Source: a virus (taxonomy: Duplodnaviria > Caudoviricetes). From it: 64,000 bases of DNA. Position numbers and translations under genes: made by a program. The DNA is taken from IMG/VR virus record IMGVR_UViG_3300028048_000054. One strand, written 5' to 3'. The notes beneath the pieces are model-generated. The model saw only the letters and a list, made by a program, of their open reading frames with translations, made no database searches and was not told where the DNA came from. Every line of letters begins with the position of its first letter. The first letter of the stretch is position 1. Below, piece after piece: positions 34,230 to 43,411 of the stretch.

Positions 34230-36254
34230 CTATAACGCATTAATAAGTGCTTCTATATTTCCACAAGTATCATAGAATAATTTTGCACTTACATATTCTA
34301 CATCTGTACTAGTATTAGAAACAGATGTTACTAATGATGATTTCCAATCTGGCCAAGTACTTCCTAATTGTTTTAATCTATACAAAGTAACATTTATACC
34401 TTTATCACCATTTAAACTTGGGTAAAAAACCTGAAGTGTTTGAAAATATCCTATAACTGTTCCACTAGCACTAATTGCGCTAACTTGACATAAATAATCT
34501 AAATTTAAATCTACACTTTGCATAGAATAATTAAATTTTACTCTATATAGTCCAGAATCAGTTAAATCATCTACATTAGGTAGTGGTAATGTTCTATTAG
34601 GAAATAATGTTGTATTTTCTGACCAAGATGGAGCATTATATACTTTAATTTCACTGCTTTCTTGAACGAGTAATGGTACCCATTTATAAGATTCTACAGT
34701 ACCAGAAAAACAAGTAAAATTGATTACATCTCCATCAACAAGATTATTGAATGTAATACCTAGGGAACTTAGTGTTCCTACATCAGCGGGAAGTTCTCCT
34801 AATACGTTGCCATTTGCATCTTTAAATGTGAATGTAACTAAATTATCACTTTCATTATACGTTAGATAACCATTAGTTACATTAGCATATGTTTCTGGTA
34901 CAACAGATTTTACTACCAGCCAAAACATTTCTGGAGTTGCAACAACTTTATCTGAATCAAATGTTACAGTTTCACTTGTTGTAGACTCTAATTTACATTG
35001 ATATAAATATCCATTTGTAAAATCAGATGTTGTAGTACCAGAATATAGTTTTACTTGACCTACATTAGAACTACTAGGTGTAGGCATCGTATCTGTTACT
35101 TCTACACTATTTCCAGAAGGTAATCTTTCTGAAAATATTTTGCCAGTATTTCCGTCTAATAAAGGCCATTCATATACTTGTAGCGTTTTGGCGGTGGCGT
35201 TAGTTAGTAACGCGGATGAAGTATTACCGATTTGTATAGCACCTACAGCGTTTGCAGACGTTCCTGCACCTATAGCTATAGCATAATTGGCCTCTGCCTG
35301 CGAATTGTAACCTACTAAAGTACATCTTTCGTGGTAGTGGTCATTGGCACTTGCGCCTAAACACACGGAACGCTGACCGCGAGCCAATGAACTCTTACCT
35401 ATAGACGTGCTATATGAGCCGCCCGCTTCGGCACTTGACCCAATGGCGGTGCTAGCGTAAGCGGTGGCACTCGCCGAATTATTAGACGCATTACCACCGC
35501 CGACAGCGGTCCCATACTCTCCAGCGCGAGCGTTTGCACCAACTGCTGTACTCCCGTTAATGCCGACAGAAGTATTTGCTCCAATGTTCAAACCATAATC
35601 GCTAGTCGCAGGCGTTCCCAAAATAGTAAGCGAGTTTGTGCCCGTAGCAGTATTTTCTAGCTTGTTATCAGTTACCCATTTAATAGCACCATCGGAATTA
35701 TCTTTTTGAATTAATTGTTTATTTCCAGTAGACCCTTTGTGAAAATTGGGTAACATAGCTTCTAATGGATAAATAGTATCTTCCATTAATATATCTTCAA
35801 TTTCAGCATCTCTTTCTATGCAGAACACCATATCTGTACCAATTAGATGATACCAAGCTTCATTAGCCTTATATTGCACTATTTCATATTCCCAAGTAGT
35901 ACCACTATCTGCATATTCTGCTGGTAAAATACCTATAAAATGTAATGGTGCTGTCGGTTCTTCAGACAAACTATCAAAATATGGTGCTTCTAATTCTATT
36001 TCACTTTCATCAATAGTTATTGTTGCATAAACAACATTATCTTCTTCGCAAGTAATTTTTTCCAACGGGTTAGTATTTTGCGGCGCACCACCTGCTTGAG
36101 CATTTAATGTTCCATCAGCTTCAACAGTAAGATTTTCACCAACTTTTATACCACCAAGTCTGTTGGCAGTAGCAGTAGGCAAAACGTAACTTCCGCCACC
36201 ACCAGAATTAGAAATAGAAAATGCACCTAAACTTTTAATATTATTTATTTTCAT
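34230..36254 (-). CDS. tail fibre/adhesin with YadA-like head repeats
   Basis: LPTAT..RLGGIKVG; ~14 aa STAVG/STAIG/AIAIG repeats. Confidence 0.82.
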   Translation of the reverse strand: MKINNIKSLGAFSISNSGGGGSYVLPTATANRLGGIKVGENLTVEADGTLNAQAGGAPQNTNPLEKITCEEDNVVYATITIDESEIELEAPYFDSLSEEPTAPLHFIGILPAEYADSGTTWEYEIVQYKANEAWYHLIGTDMVFCIERDAEIEDILMEDTIYPLEAMLPNFHKGSTGNKQLIQKDNSDGAIKWVTDNKLENTATGTNSLTILGTPATSDYGLNIGANTSVGINGSTAVGANARAGEYGTAVGGGNASNNSASATAYASTAIGSSAEAGGSYSTSIGKSSLARGQRSVCLGASANDHYHERCTLVGYNSQAEANYAIAIGAGTSANAVGAIQIGNTSSALLTNATAKTLQVYEWPLLDGNTGKIFSERLPSGNSVEVTDTMPTPSSSNVGQVKLYSGTTTSDFTNGYLYQCKLESTTSETVTFDSDKVVATPEMFWLVVKSVVPETYANVTNGYLTYNESDNLVTFTFKDANGNVLGELPADVGTLSSLGITFNNLVDGDVINFTCFSGTVESYKWVPLLVQESSEIKVYNAPSWSENTTLFPNRTLPLPNVDDLTDSGLYRVKFNYSMQSVDLNLDYLCQVSAISASGTVIGYFQTLQVFYPSLNGDKGINVTLYRLKQLGSTWPDWKSSLVTSVSNTSTDVEYVSAKLFYDTCGNIEALINAL

Positions 36255-36257
36255 ATG

Positions 36258-36536
36258 TTACTCCTGTTCTTCAATATGTAAGGAGCCATTTTCACATTTA
36301 ACATACAAATCATTTGCACCCTTTTTATAGCCACATTGTTCTTTTGTAACTAATAAAAGACCTTCGTCTTCAATAGGGTTTTGGTCTGTATCAATCAAAT
36401 TTACTGTAAAACCGCCTACATTTGTGATATAGTAATTTGTGTCTGCTTTAAAGGTAAATGTTGAACCTTTAGCAGCAGAAATTAAGTCTTCTACTTTTCT
36501 CCATTCTTTTTCTGTTTTAATATTTGCTATGTGCAT
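36258..36536 (-). CDS. hypothetical virion protein
   Basis: ORF within tail module. Confidence 0.65.
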   Translation of the reverse strand: MHIANIKTEKEWRKVEDLISAAKGSTFTFKADTNYYITNVGGFTVNLIDTDQNPIEDEGLLLVTKEQCGYKKGANDLYVKCENGSLHIEEQE

Positions 36537-36545
36537 ATTTAATTC

Positions 36546-37070
36546 CTATAATATATCTAATAAAATTTTTTTCCAAGTTGTACCGTCTGAAAAAGCGATA
36601 CAATCTCTATCTGTAACATACACCAATTTAAAAGCATATTCAACTGGGTCTGGTAATTCATCAAAGATATAAGTTTCAAGTGCTTTAGGTGCATTAATTA
36701 AATTTTCGAGAGTTTGGTGCTCGGCTTCATTTTCTTCTAATTTTTCTAGAAGACCATTGATGGCTGCAATAGGGTGTTGGTTTTCTACATCTAGGTTAAT
36801 AAGTTTTGAATGGTCATCTGTAGTCATATCTACTTGCTGGTCATCACAAGTATTTAATTCCAACAAATATTCTGCAATTTGTGCTGTTGACTTAACTTCT
36901 TTCATTTTGTACTTGTAAGCACAGCAGTCACCCTTTCTATATAAGTAAAGGATGTCACCCTCAAAATCTAGTTTTGAAACATATTTTTTATCAAAAATTA
37001 ACCCATCAATCCTCATATATCTTCTAGGAATATAAGTACTAGAGGATGACGTAGAACAGGAACAAGCCAT
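36546..37070 (-). CDS. tail fibre-associated protein
   Basis: DHSKL.N...NQHPI.AI.GL motif. Confidence 0.65.
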   Translation of the reverse strand: MACSCSTSSSSTYIPRRYMRIDGLIFDKKYVSKLDFEGDILYLYRKGDCCAYKYKMKEVKSTAQIAEYLLELNTCDDQQVDMTTDDHSKLINLDVENQHPIAAINGLLEKLEENEAEHQTLENLINAPKALETYIFDELPDPVEYAFKLVYVTDRDCIAFSDGTTWKKILLDIL

Positions 37071-37081
37071 TATTAGACCTC

Positions 37082-37234
37082 TTAAATTTCTTCAATCGTA
37101 ACTTTATATTTCTTTGTTTTTTTATTTCCCGATTCCAAGTCTGCGGTTTCGGCAAACATTTCAAAGAGTGCTGGGGTATTGTTAATATCCTCTACACAAA
37201 AGTTAGACTCAAGTTCAAATTTGAATTTTGCCAT
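37082..37234 (-). CDS. small protein (50 aa, not in ORF track)
   Basis: MAKFKFELESNFCVEDINNTPALFEMFAETADLESGNKKTKKYKVTIEEI fills the gap. Confidence 0.55.
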   Translation of the reverse strand: MAKFKFELESNFCVEDINNTPALFEMFAETADLESGNKKTKKYKVTIEEI

Positions 37235-37673
37235 ATCGTCTCTTAAAGTTTTTATTTTGGGTCACTATTTTAACAATCTCATCATAGTCAACTTCACACG
37301 ACCCTCTCTGATAAATATAGAAGTGTAAACCTATGTTCTCCAATTCAGATAATTGGACAGTGTGGTCATAAAAAACAGTAAAACCACAATCCAACGCACG
37401 TCTTAAATATACATCAGATTTATTGTCTGAAACCATTACTTTTAGCCCAGGAAGTGGCTGTATTTTATATAAATCGTCGTATGATGGGTTAAAAACTATG
37501 TAAACGTCTTTATTTTTATATAAATTTTCCATATTTGTTGTGTATATAAACAAAGAGTCGTCTCGGCCCAAGTAATTTTTGAGCATAGACGACATATAGG
37601 AATCATTACTTATAATACAAACTTTAATGCAGGATGGTTTCATACCTATAATATATACCCTTTTGCCTCCCAA
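37215..37673 (-). CDS. stand-alone degenerate receiver-like protein
   Basis: IKVCIISND...RRALDCGF..F pattern resembles REC; no phosphoacceptor Asp. Confidence 0.5.
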   Translation of the reverse strand: MGGKRVYIIGMKPSCIKVCIISNDSYMSSMLKNYLGRDDSLFIYTTNMENLYKNKDVYIVFNPSYDDLYKIQPLPGLKVMVSDNKSDVYLRRALDCGFTVFYDHTVQLSELENIGLHFYIYQRGSCEVDYDEIVKIVTQNKNFKRRYGKIQI

Positions 37674-38920
37674 TAAATACCAATAGCGCTTGCGGAACCT
37701 GCAAAGATTTGGAAACTAGAAGTTGTTTTGTTTGCGTTATTTATTGTCCTTCTGTCGCCTAATGTAGTGGTGTACGACTCAGTTAAACTTAAACTGTAAT
37801 TTGTGTCTAAAAATGGCTTCGCGAGGGTGATTGTTTGTGTACCCGTAACATTAGTAAAAAAGTTACCCTGTTCACACCAACCATCACTGTAAAGTCTATA
37901 CCAGGCGGTTCCATTAGACCAAGTTTCTACAATATGTGGTATGGTTTTAAATGTGTTTGTATCCAGTAATCTAAGTGGTTCACTACACTCAAATACTGTT
38001 ATTTTGCCATTTACAGCAGAATATTTGCACACGCCACATAAAACACTAATTTCTTCCCAAACACTATCTACTTCACTAAAATTACGAATATAGAATTTAT
38101 TTTTTGTTGTATTAAACCATAGTGTATAACCAACTTTATTAGATGGTTCCCTGTCAGATTCAACAAAATATTTTATAAATCCCAGACCTGTTTGGGTAAG
38201 GTATGCATAATATTCCCCACTTTCATTAGTTGAATTTGATACAGTATATACAGAGGGTGTTGTATATTCTAAGTTTTTTAAAACACCACTGTCAGTTCTG
38301 CCGTTTGGAATTTCATAAGTAATTCCAGGAAAAGAAAAAATAGATGCACCGTGATAACTAAATCCATCAAATACTTGTAGAATTTCAACTATATTAGACC
38401 CATCTGTTCTGAAATATGCAAACGGAATAGACATATTTGTTGTCCAAGTTGTCCCAGTATCACCTGTAAATCGTATTGCATTTTCGGTAGTATTATAAAT
38501 TACTTCATATTGGTCATCAGGTGTCCAAGAACTTTTTGTTGTACAATCCCAAGATGCACTTATAAAAATAGTACCAGAATCAGGTATATAATGTAAAAAA
38601 CCATTTCCAGTCCACTCAACACCTGTATCACACGTTACATCATTAATAATTGTAATTTCATCAAAAACACCAACACCATTGGGAACATACACTTTACTGC
38701 CAGATTTTAATGTAATGGTGTGGTTAGATGTATTTAATTCAACATCTGCTTTTTTTGTAATTGATTTAATATAATTTGAAATGTATTGACCAATAATGTG
38801 AGTGTTCAGTGTAGATGAACTGACTTTACCAAGTGTTTTACCATCTTCACTTAGAGCCATCAAACTTGAATCACTAACGCTTGTTATTTCTGGTAATTCA
38901 TTTATTGATTTTCCAGCCAT
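37646..38920 (-). CDS. tail fibre protein with C-terminal WYRLYSDGWCEQG domain
   Basis: KSINELP N-terminus; C-terminal domain shared with 29844-30290. Confidence 0.78.
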   Translation of the reverse strand: MAGKSINELPEITSVSDSSLMALSEDGKTLGKVSSSTLNTHIIGQYISNYIKSITKKADVELNTSNHTITLKSGSKVYVPNGVGVFDEITIINDVTCDTGVEWTGNGFLHYIPDSGTIFISASWDCTTKSSWTPDDQYEVIYNTTENAIRFTGDTGTTWTTNMSIPFAYFRTDGSNIVEILQVFDGFSYHGASIFSFPGITYEIPNGRTDSGVLKNLEYTTPSVYTVSNSTNESGEYYAYLTQTGLGFIKYFVESDREPSNKVGYTLWFNTTKNKFYIRNFSEVDSVWEEISVLCGVCKYSAVNGKITVFECSEPLRLLDTNTFKTIPHIVETWSNGTAWYRLYSDGWCEQGNFFTNVTGTQTITLAKPFLDTNYSLSLTESYTTTLGDRRTINNANKTTSSFQIFAGSASAIGIYWEAKGYIL

Positions 38921-38922
38921 AT

Positions 38923-39288
38923 TTACTTACCTTGTTGTTCTTCAGTGTCTCTTCTTATTTCTTCAGCCAAATCTTCTAGTTCCTGTGCTCTTGCTTTAGT
39001 GAAGTCAGAGTATTCAGAATTTTCAGCCAAAATACCCTCACGTTGCCAACGATTCATACCATACTCAAATTCTTTTTTGGAAAGTATCTCTTGTTTAGTA
39101 GGAACGTGAATTTCATTTTTTACAATTTTATAAACACGAATACCGTCTTTACTAGCAACTTCTTCAATATGGCACCCATTTTCATTACACCAAATTGCAG
39201 CCTCAGGGGGGTATTTTCCTTCAAAAATCTGTCCCTCTTCGTATGTTAAATTTGTCATAAATAATTCTCCTATAAATTGTGGGGACAC
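38923..39288 (-). CDS. tail fibre assembly chaperone-like protein (probable start 39258)
   Basis: YPPEAAIWCNEN motif; adjacent to tail fibre; AGGAG SD. Confidence 0.6.
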   Translation of the reverse strand: MSPQFIGELFMTNLTYEEGQIFEGKYPPEAAIWCNENGCHIEEVASKDGIRVYKIVKNEIHVPTKQEILSKKEFEYGMNRWQREGILAENSEYSDFTKARAQELEDLAEEIRRDTEEQQGK

Positions 39289-39367
39289 TGGGTAGTCCCC
39301 TTCACCGTGCTTTCTTTAGCCAAGCATTCAGATAGCTACTGGAACCATTCGCCCAGTCGAATCGAAG
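39279..39367 (-). ncRNA. compact RNA with two kissing loops
   Basis: loops ACTGGG/CCCAGT and TAGCTA/TGGCTA on four hairpins. Confidence 0.55.
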
Positions 39368-39661
39368 TTATTTCAACTTCATTAAAATGTCTTCTAATTT
39401 AAGTACAACTACTTTCTGGTCTTCGATTTCAATTTCTACACCCAAAGTAGAGGGCCACACAACTTTATCACCCTTTTGTACTTTGTCACTTACATCATGA
39501 CTGACTTCTAAAACTGTACCAATGTAAGGTTTTTTCTTTGCTGTATCAGGAACGATGAAGCCATCTTTTTCTTGTTCAACTGTGCCTTCATCGACTTTTA
39601 CTACAATATACTCATTTAGTGGAATCATCATTTTGTTCTTCTCCTTTCTTATCAATTCCAT
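39368..39661 (-). CDS. groES: co-chaperonin GroES (probable start MIPL)
   Basis: PLNEYIVVK...GFIVPDTAKKKP..G.V..V...V.KGDKV. Confidence 0.9.
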   Translation of the reverse strand: MELIRKEKNKMMIPLNEYIVVKVDEGTVEQEKDGFIVPDTAKKKPYIGTVLEVSHDVSDKVQKGDKVVWPSTLGVEIEIEDQKVVVLKLEDILMKLK

Positions 39662-41891
39662 TCAAGTCAACAAATGTACGTCTATCAAATTCCCAAGTTC
39701 TTCTTACTTTATTCCACGAAGAAACTGGTACGAAGAAACCAACCACACGTGTAAAGTTTGTTACATTTTCACTGTTACATTTTGGGCAGTGATGTGTTTT
39801 GTCTTTTACTACTTCACCACAATCTTCACATTTAGTATATACGGCGTTAAGAGCAAAGTGTTCACAACCACATTTTACAGCATAGTTAATAATTGCTTTT
39901 GCTTGGGTTGGAGTTACATCACTGTTGATTTGAATATGTACGATACCACCACCAGTTAATAAGCGGTTGTATCTACCATCTGCTTCCATTTTTTCATAGA
40001 TGGTAGCGTCTTTCCACAGAGGCACGAATTGATTACTGTAAAGTGGGTCTAAGTTGTAAGGATTGCCATAAATCAAGGCATCTGAACTTGCCAACCGTAC
40101 CGCAAATGACTCACCTGGAATTTCTTCAATATTCCAAATAAAACCATACTTATCACCCATTTCTTTACAGAACGTGTTGTAGGTTGTTAAGATGTCACCA
40201 ATGTAATCAAAGTCAGCCTTACCAAATTTTTCTGTTAATATTTGTTCGGCTTCTACAACACCCATCATACCAAAGGTTGAAAACATACGGGACAGATTAA
40301 TCCAGTAGTTTTTGAGGAAAGGGTGCATACCCATATTGTTTAATTTTTTAAGCAATACACGGTGTGCTTTTAACACTTTTGCAGCACTTTCTGTTCTATC
40401 GTGTAAGCGTTTCAAGTAGTCGTTATAACTCGATGCTTCATACGCCAAACGAGCCAAGTTAACGGTTACTACACGGTGAGAACCCAAACTAATTGAGGAA
40501 CCACCAAACGAGTTAACTGAACTTGCCAAGTCAAGCATATCTTTATCAGAAATCAGACGGCAGCAGGAAGCAACCTTTGTTCCCTCAGACGTAAAAATGT
40601 TGTAACGAGCAATATCTTTTTTGGTAATGTAGTTCAATAATTCATTGTCTTTTTCAATGTAATATTCGCCCGTTTCTTCATTTTTGTGTTTAGACAAGTT
40701 GACCGTTGTAACAGGGAAACGATACTGTAACCCATTGTTCATCGGGTCACCTTTGTCAAAAAATTCAATAAAAACTTTTTGTGCTTCAAAGATGTAGTCA
40801 ATGATAAATTTTTTATAGTCTTCTTCGGTAAGTTTGTAATCTTCTCCACCCAAGTCATTGTCTACTAAAACTTTTGTGTTCTTCGGGAAATACCAACCAT
40901 AATTGTCATCATCAATCAATGCGGTTAATTTTTCTTTATCAAAAATAGACACGTTGGTGAAAGGTGATTCAGAGCCATTGCGTGATAAAAAGTTCACCGA
41001 GTGTACAAATTGTTGGAACTCATTTTCAAGTTGTTTTCTAATGCGTTTATCTTCACGTAAATCTTTTAATGAAATACGTTGTTTATACACCATCAAGTGA
41101 GTAATATCCAAGAAGAAACTACCAATGGCAATAGCACCAGCCAAGTGAGAGGCCATTTGGTGAATAGTTTCGCACAACGCAGAAATGTAAGATGCTACAC
41201 TTTTGCAAGGTTTAGATGGCAACACACCGAAGTTACGACCACTGGTTACCAATTTTGAAGCATCTAAAGCCCAGCAGTAAGGTAATAAAATGTTTGAACT
41301 ATCGGCTAAACCTAATGAAAAATCATACATTTCACCCGATAAGAACTTGGCTTCATCTTGACCATACAGTTCTTTCATTGTACGGTAAAGCATATCGTAA
41401 CCAATGATTTTATCGGCACTTAACTCACAGTCTTTTAACAAACCCTTAATACTTTTTTCGTTTTTATTTGAGTTATCATCAATGGAAACGTCATTTAATT
41501 TTTCGGCCATAAACGTAGAAAATGATTTAATAAAGTCAAATTTTTCTTCGTTCAAACCGTGAATTTTTAATAACTCATTGGCTATATTTGTTAATTTTTC
41601 TTTGTCGGTAATTTTATATTTTTTCTTTAATGTTTTAACGAGTACTTCACGAATATTTTTAATGGTTTTTGTAGTTGCCGCATTAGCAAAGGTGTCATCT
41701 GTAATTTTATTTAATTCTTCGTGATATAAATTATCATCTTCAAATTCAAAAGGTTTATAGTTAATTTTAATCGGTTTTTTAATTTCGTTTACGTCTTGAG
41801 TCATATCAGTTTCCCTCGTTAAAGTAATAAGTTCCGTCTTTCGACAGTAAGTTAAAGTTTGAATCGTACAAGGATTGGTTGGTTGTTGCAA
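39612..41891 (-). CDS. nrdD: anaerobic (class III) ribonucleotide reductase (probable start MTQDV)
   Basis: PYC, SPFTN, SCCRL, PGES, CxxC...CxxC, TRVVGF glycyl-radical motif. Confidence 0.93.
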   Translation of the reverse strand: MQQPTNPCTIQTLTYCRKTELITLTRETDMTQDVNEIKKPIKINYKPFEFEDDNLYHEELNKITDDTFANAATTKTIKNIREVLVKTLKKKYKITDKEKLTNIANELLKIHGLNEEKFDFIKSFSTFMAEKLNDVSIDDNSNKNEKSIKGLLKDCELSADKIIGYDMLYRTMKELYGQDEAKFLSGEMYDFSLGLADSSNILLPYCWALDASKLVTSGRNFGVLPSKPCKSVASYISALCETIHQMASHLAGAIAIGSFFLDITHLMVYKQRISLKDLREDKRIRKQLENEFQQFVHSVNFLSRNGSESPFTNVSIFDKEKLTALIDDDNYGWYFPKNTKVLVDNDLGGEDYKLTEEDYKKFIIDYIFEAQKVFIEFFDKGDPMNNGLQYRFPVTTVNLSKHKNEETGEYYIEKDNELLNYITKKDIARYNIFTSEGTKVASCCRLISDKDMLDLASSVNSFGGSSISLGSHRVVTVNLARLAYEASSYNDYLKRLHDRTESAAKVLKAHRVLLKKLNNMGMHPFLKNYWINLSRMFSTFGMMGVVEAEQILTEKFGKADFDYIGDILTTYNTFCKEMGDKYGFIWNIEEIPGESFAVRLASSDALIYGNPYNLDPLYSNQFVPLWKDATIYEKMEADGRYNRLLTGGGIVHIQINSDVTPTQAKAIINYAVKCGCEHFALNAVYTKCEDCGEVVKDKTHHCPKCNSENVTNFTRVVGFFVPVSSWNKVRRTWEFDRRTFVDLNGIDKKGEEQNDDSTK

Positions 41892-42303
41892 ATCTTATGT
41901 ACTCATCGGTTTTGGTAGCCCCCACAAACTTAGAGGCATCGAATATACCACATTTTACAAATTTAAAGCCCACAATGTCAAGTGCTTTTACTTCATCAAT
42001 TTCTGCCCCAGTGTAGATACAAATGTCATAATCTGAACCTAAGTTAGAGCAAATATACTTTGTGAGTTCAATATTTTTGCTATACAATGGGTCTCCACCA
42101 CATAAAACTATTTTGTTTGTTTTTACACGTTCACAGTACTCCACTAACAGAGCAACTATGAGTTTGTGATTAAACTTAATGTAGTTTTGAAGTTCCGTAT
42201 TGTGGCAACCAGGACAATTTCTATCACAACCACCACAGTAGAAAATAACCGCCAAACTGCTGTTATCTGGGTATTCTAAAAAAGTTTCGGTAATGTATTT
42301 CAA
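41806..42303 (-). CDS. nrdG: NrdD activating radical-SAM enzyme
   Basis: GCDRNCPGCHN, GGDP, IYTG, TTNQ. Confidence 0.92.
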   Translation of the reverse strand: MKYITETFLEYPDNSSLAVIFYCGGCDRNCPGCHNTELQNYIKFNHKLIVALLVEYCERVKTNKIVLCGGDPLYSKNIELTKYICSNLGSDYDICIYTGAEIDEVKALDIVGFKFVKCGIFDASKFVGATKTDEYIRFATTNQSLYDSNFNLLSKDGTYYFNEGN

Positions 42304-42782
42304 TTTGCCAACTCCTCAACAATGACGTTATGTGGGTAGCAGGTCTGGTCTTTTGTTTCCGTAACTGCGTTATCAATGTCTTTTTTGTGTGTCTGGCAAA
42401 CTTGAGTCGTAATCCGTAACTTTCTATCTTTGGTTTTAATCAAGAAAGAAGACCTAGTAGGATTTGGAACACCTTGATTTCCGATGGGTTTAGGCAGGTC
42501 TTTCAATTCCTCTTTTGGCTTATCAAACTCAATTTTTAGGTTATTTTCCAGATTTTTTACGTATAATTCACACTTTTCAAGGAAAATATTAACTTTTGAC
42601 TCATCTACAGTTTCAAACTCGTTCTCGGAAAAGAAAGGGAAACAAGAACTGTTGAAAGTGTAAATAGCCCTACCATCTGAGCCAACTAAGACGTTAACTC
42701 TAGGTTCGTTGTTATTTTCAATCTTGAGAAGCACTTTGGCTTTATTCCCAAGAAGTATGAATCGTTTTATATTGTCCTGCAT
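42300..42782 (-). CDS. hypothetical protein
   Basis: first ORF after leftward promoter. Confidence 0.7.
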   Translation of the reverse strand: MQDNIKRFILLGNKAKVLLKIENNNEPRVNVLVGSDGRAIYTFNSSCFPFFSENEFETVDESKVNIFLEKCELYVKNLENNLKIEFDKPKEELKDLPKPIGNQGVPNPTRSSFLIKTKDRKLRITTQVCQTHKKDIDNAVTETKDQTCYPHNVIVEELAN

Positions 42783-42822
42783 ATATGCCTAAATGTAAAC
42801 TTATCTGTCTGTATCTACAAGT

Positions 42823-43004
42823 ATTATACCAAATTCGAAGAAATTTGTCAATACCTACCGAACGCATACGGAGCCTAAAGGGGATTCCTAGGGGTTTAAA
42901 TACAGATTTTAAGGGTGAAATGTTAAGATTCTGTATTGCTGATGTTAAGATTAGGTGTTAAGGTAGTTCTGGTACTTGACAAAATGCTCTAAAAATGGTA
43001 CAAT
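42823..43004. promoter_or_regulatory. divergent sigma70 promoters
   Basis: minus TTGACA-17-TATAAT (42823-42851); plus TTGACA-17-TACAAT (42976-43004). Confidence 0.85.
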
Positions 43005-43172
43005 GTTAATGGAAGAGATGGTATAGCAGGTACAAAGAAGGGATGTGTCTATGTGCGAAGCACCCTTTGCGAAGCAAAGGTTATTGTAGTATTCTTCCGA
43101 GACTGCTTGTGTCTCACATATTGTTACTTCTAACGAAGTAACAATATATGATACTACAAATATTCTTTTTTA

Positions 43173-43294
43173 TTCTACTAGCTAGCTAGTATAATGGTAG
43201 AATCTACTAGAATTTTACAAGCTAGTATAATATTATAATATTATAATATTCTGGTATGCAAAAATTTTTAAAATTCTACTAGACATTCTACTAG
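43173..43294. repeat. TCTACTAG x4 and tandem TATAATAT repeats
   Basis: direct repeats in AT-rich intergenic region at strand switch. Confidence 0.7.
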
Positions 43295-43411
43295 CGCGGT
43301 GGAATTTTAGCAAAATTTGGTCATTTTAGGCATTTTAGACAGAGTTAGGTTTACACTTTAGTATTAGGTGATGGGTATTGATATTACAATTCTTTCGGAG
43401 ATTTATAACAA

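Noticed and set aside
29844-38920. Diversity-generating retroelement or invertible tail cassette
   Set aside because: The two WCEQG domains are diverged paralogues, not an adenine-specific TR/VR pair; no reverse transcriptase or invertase in the window
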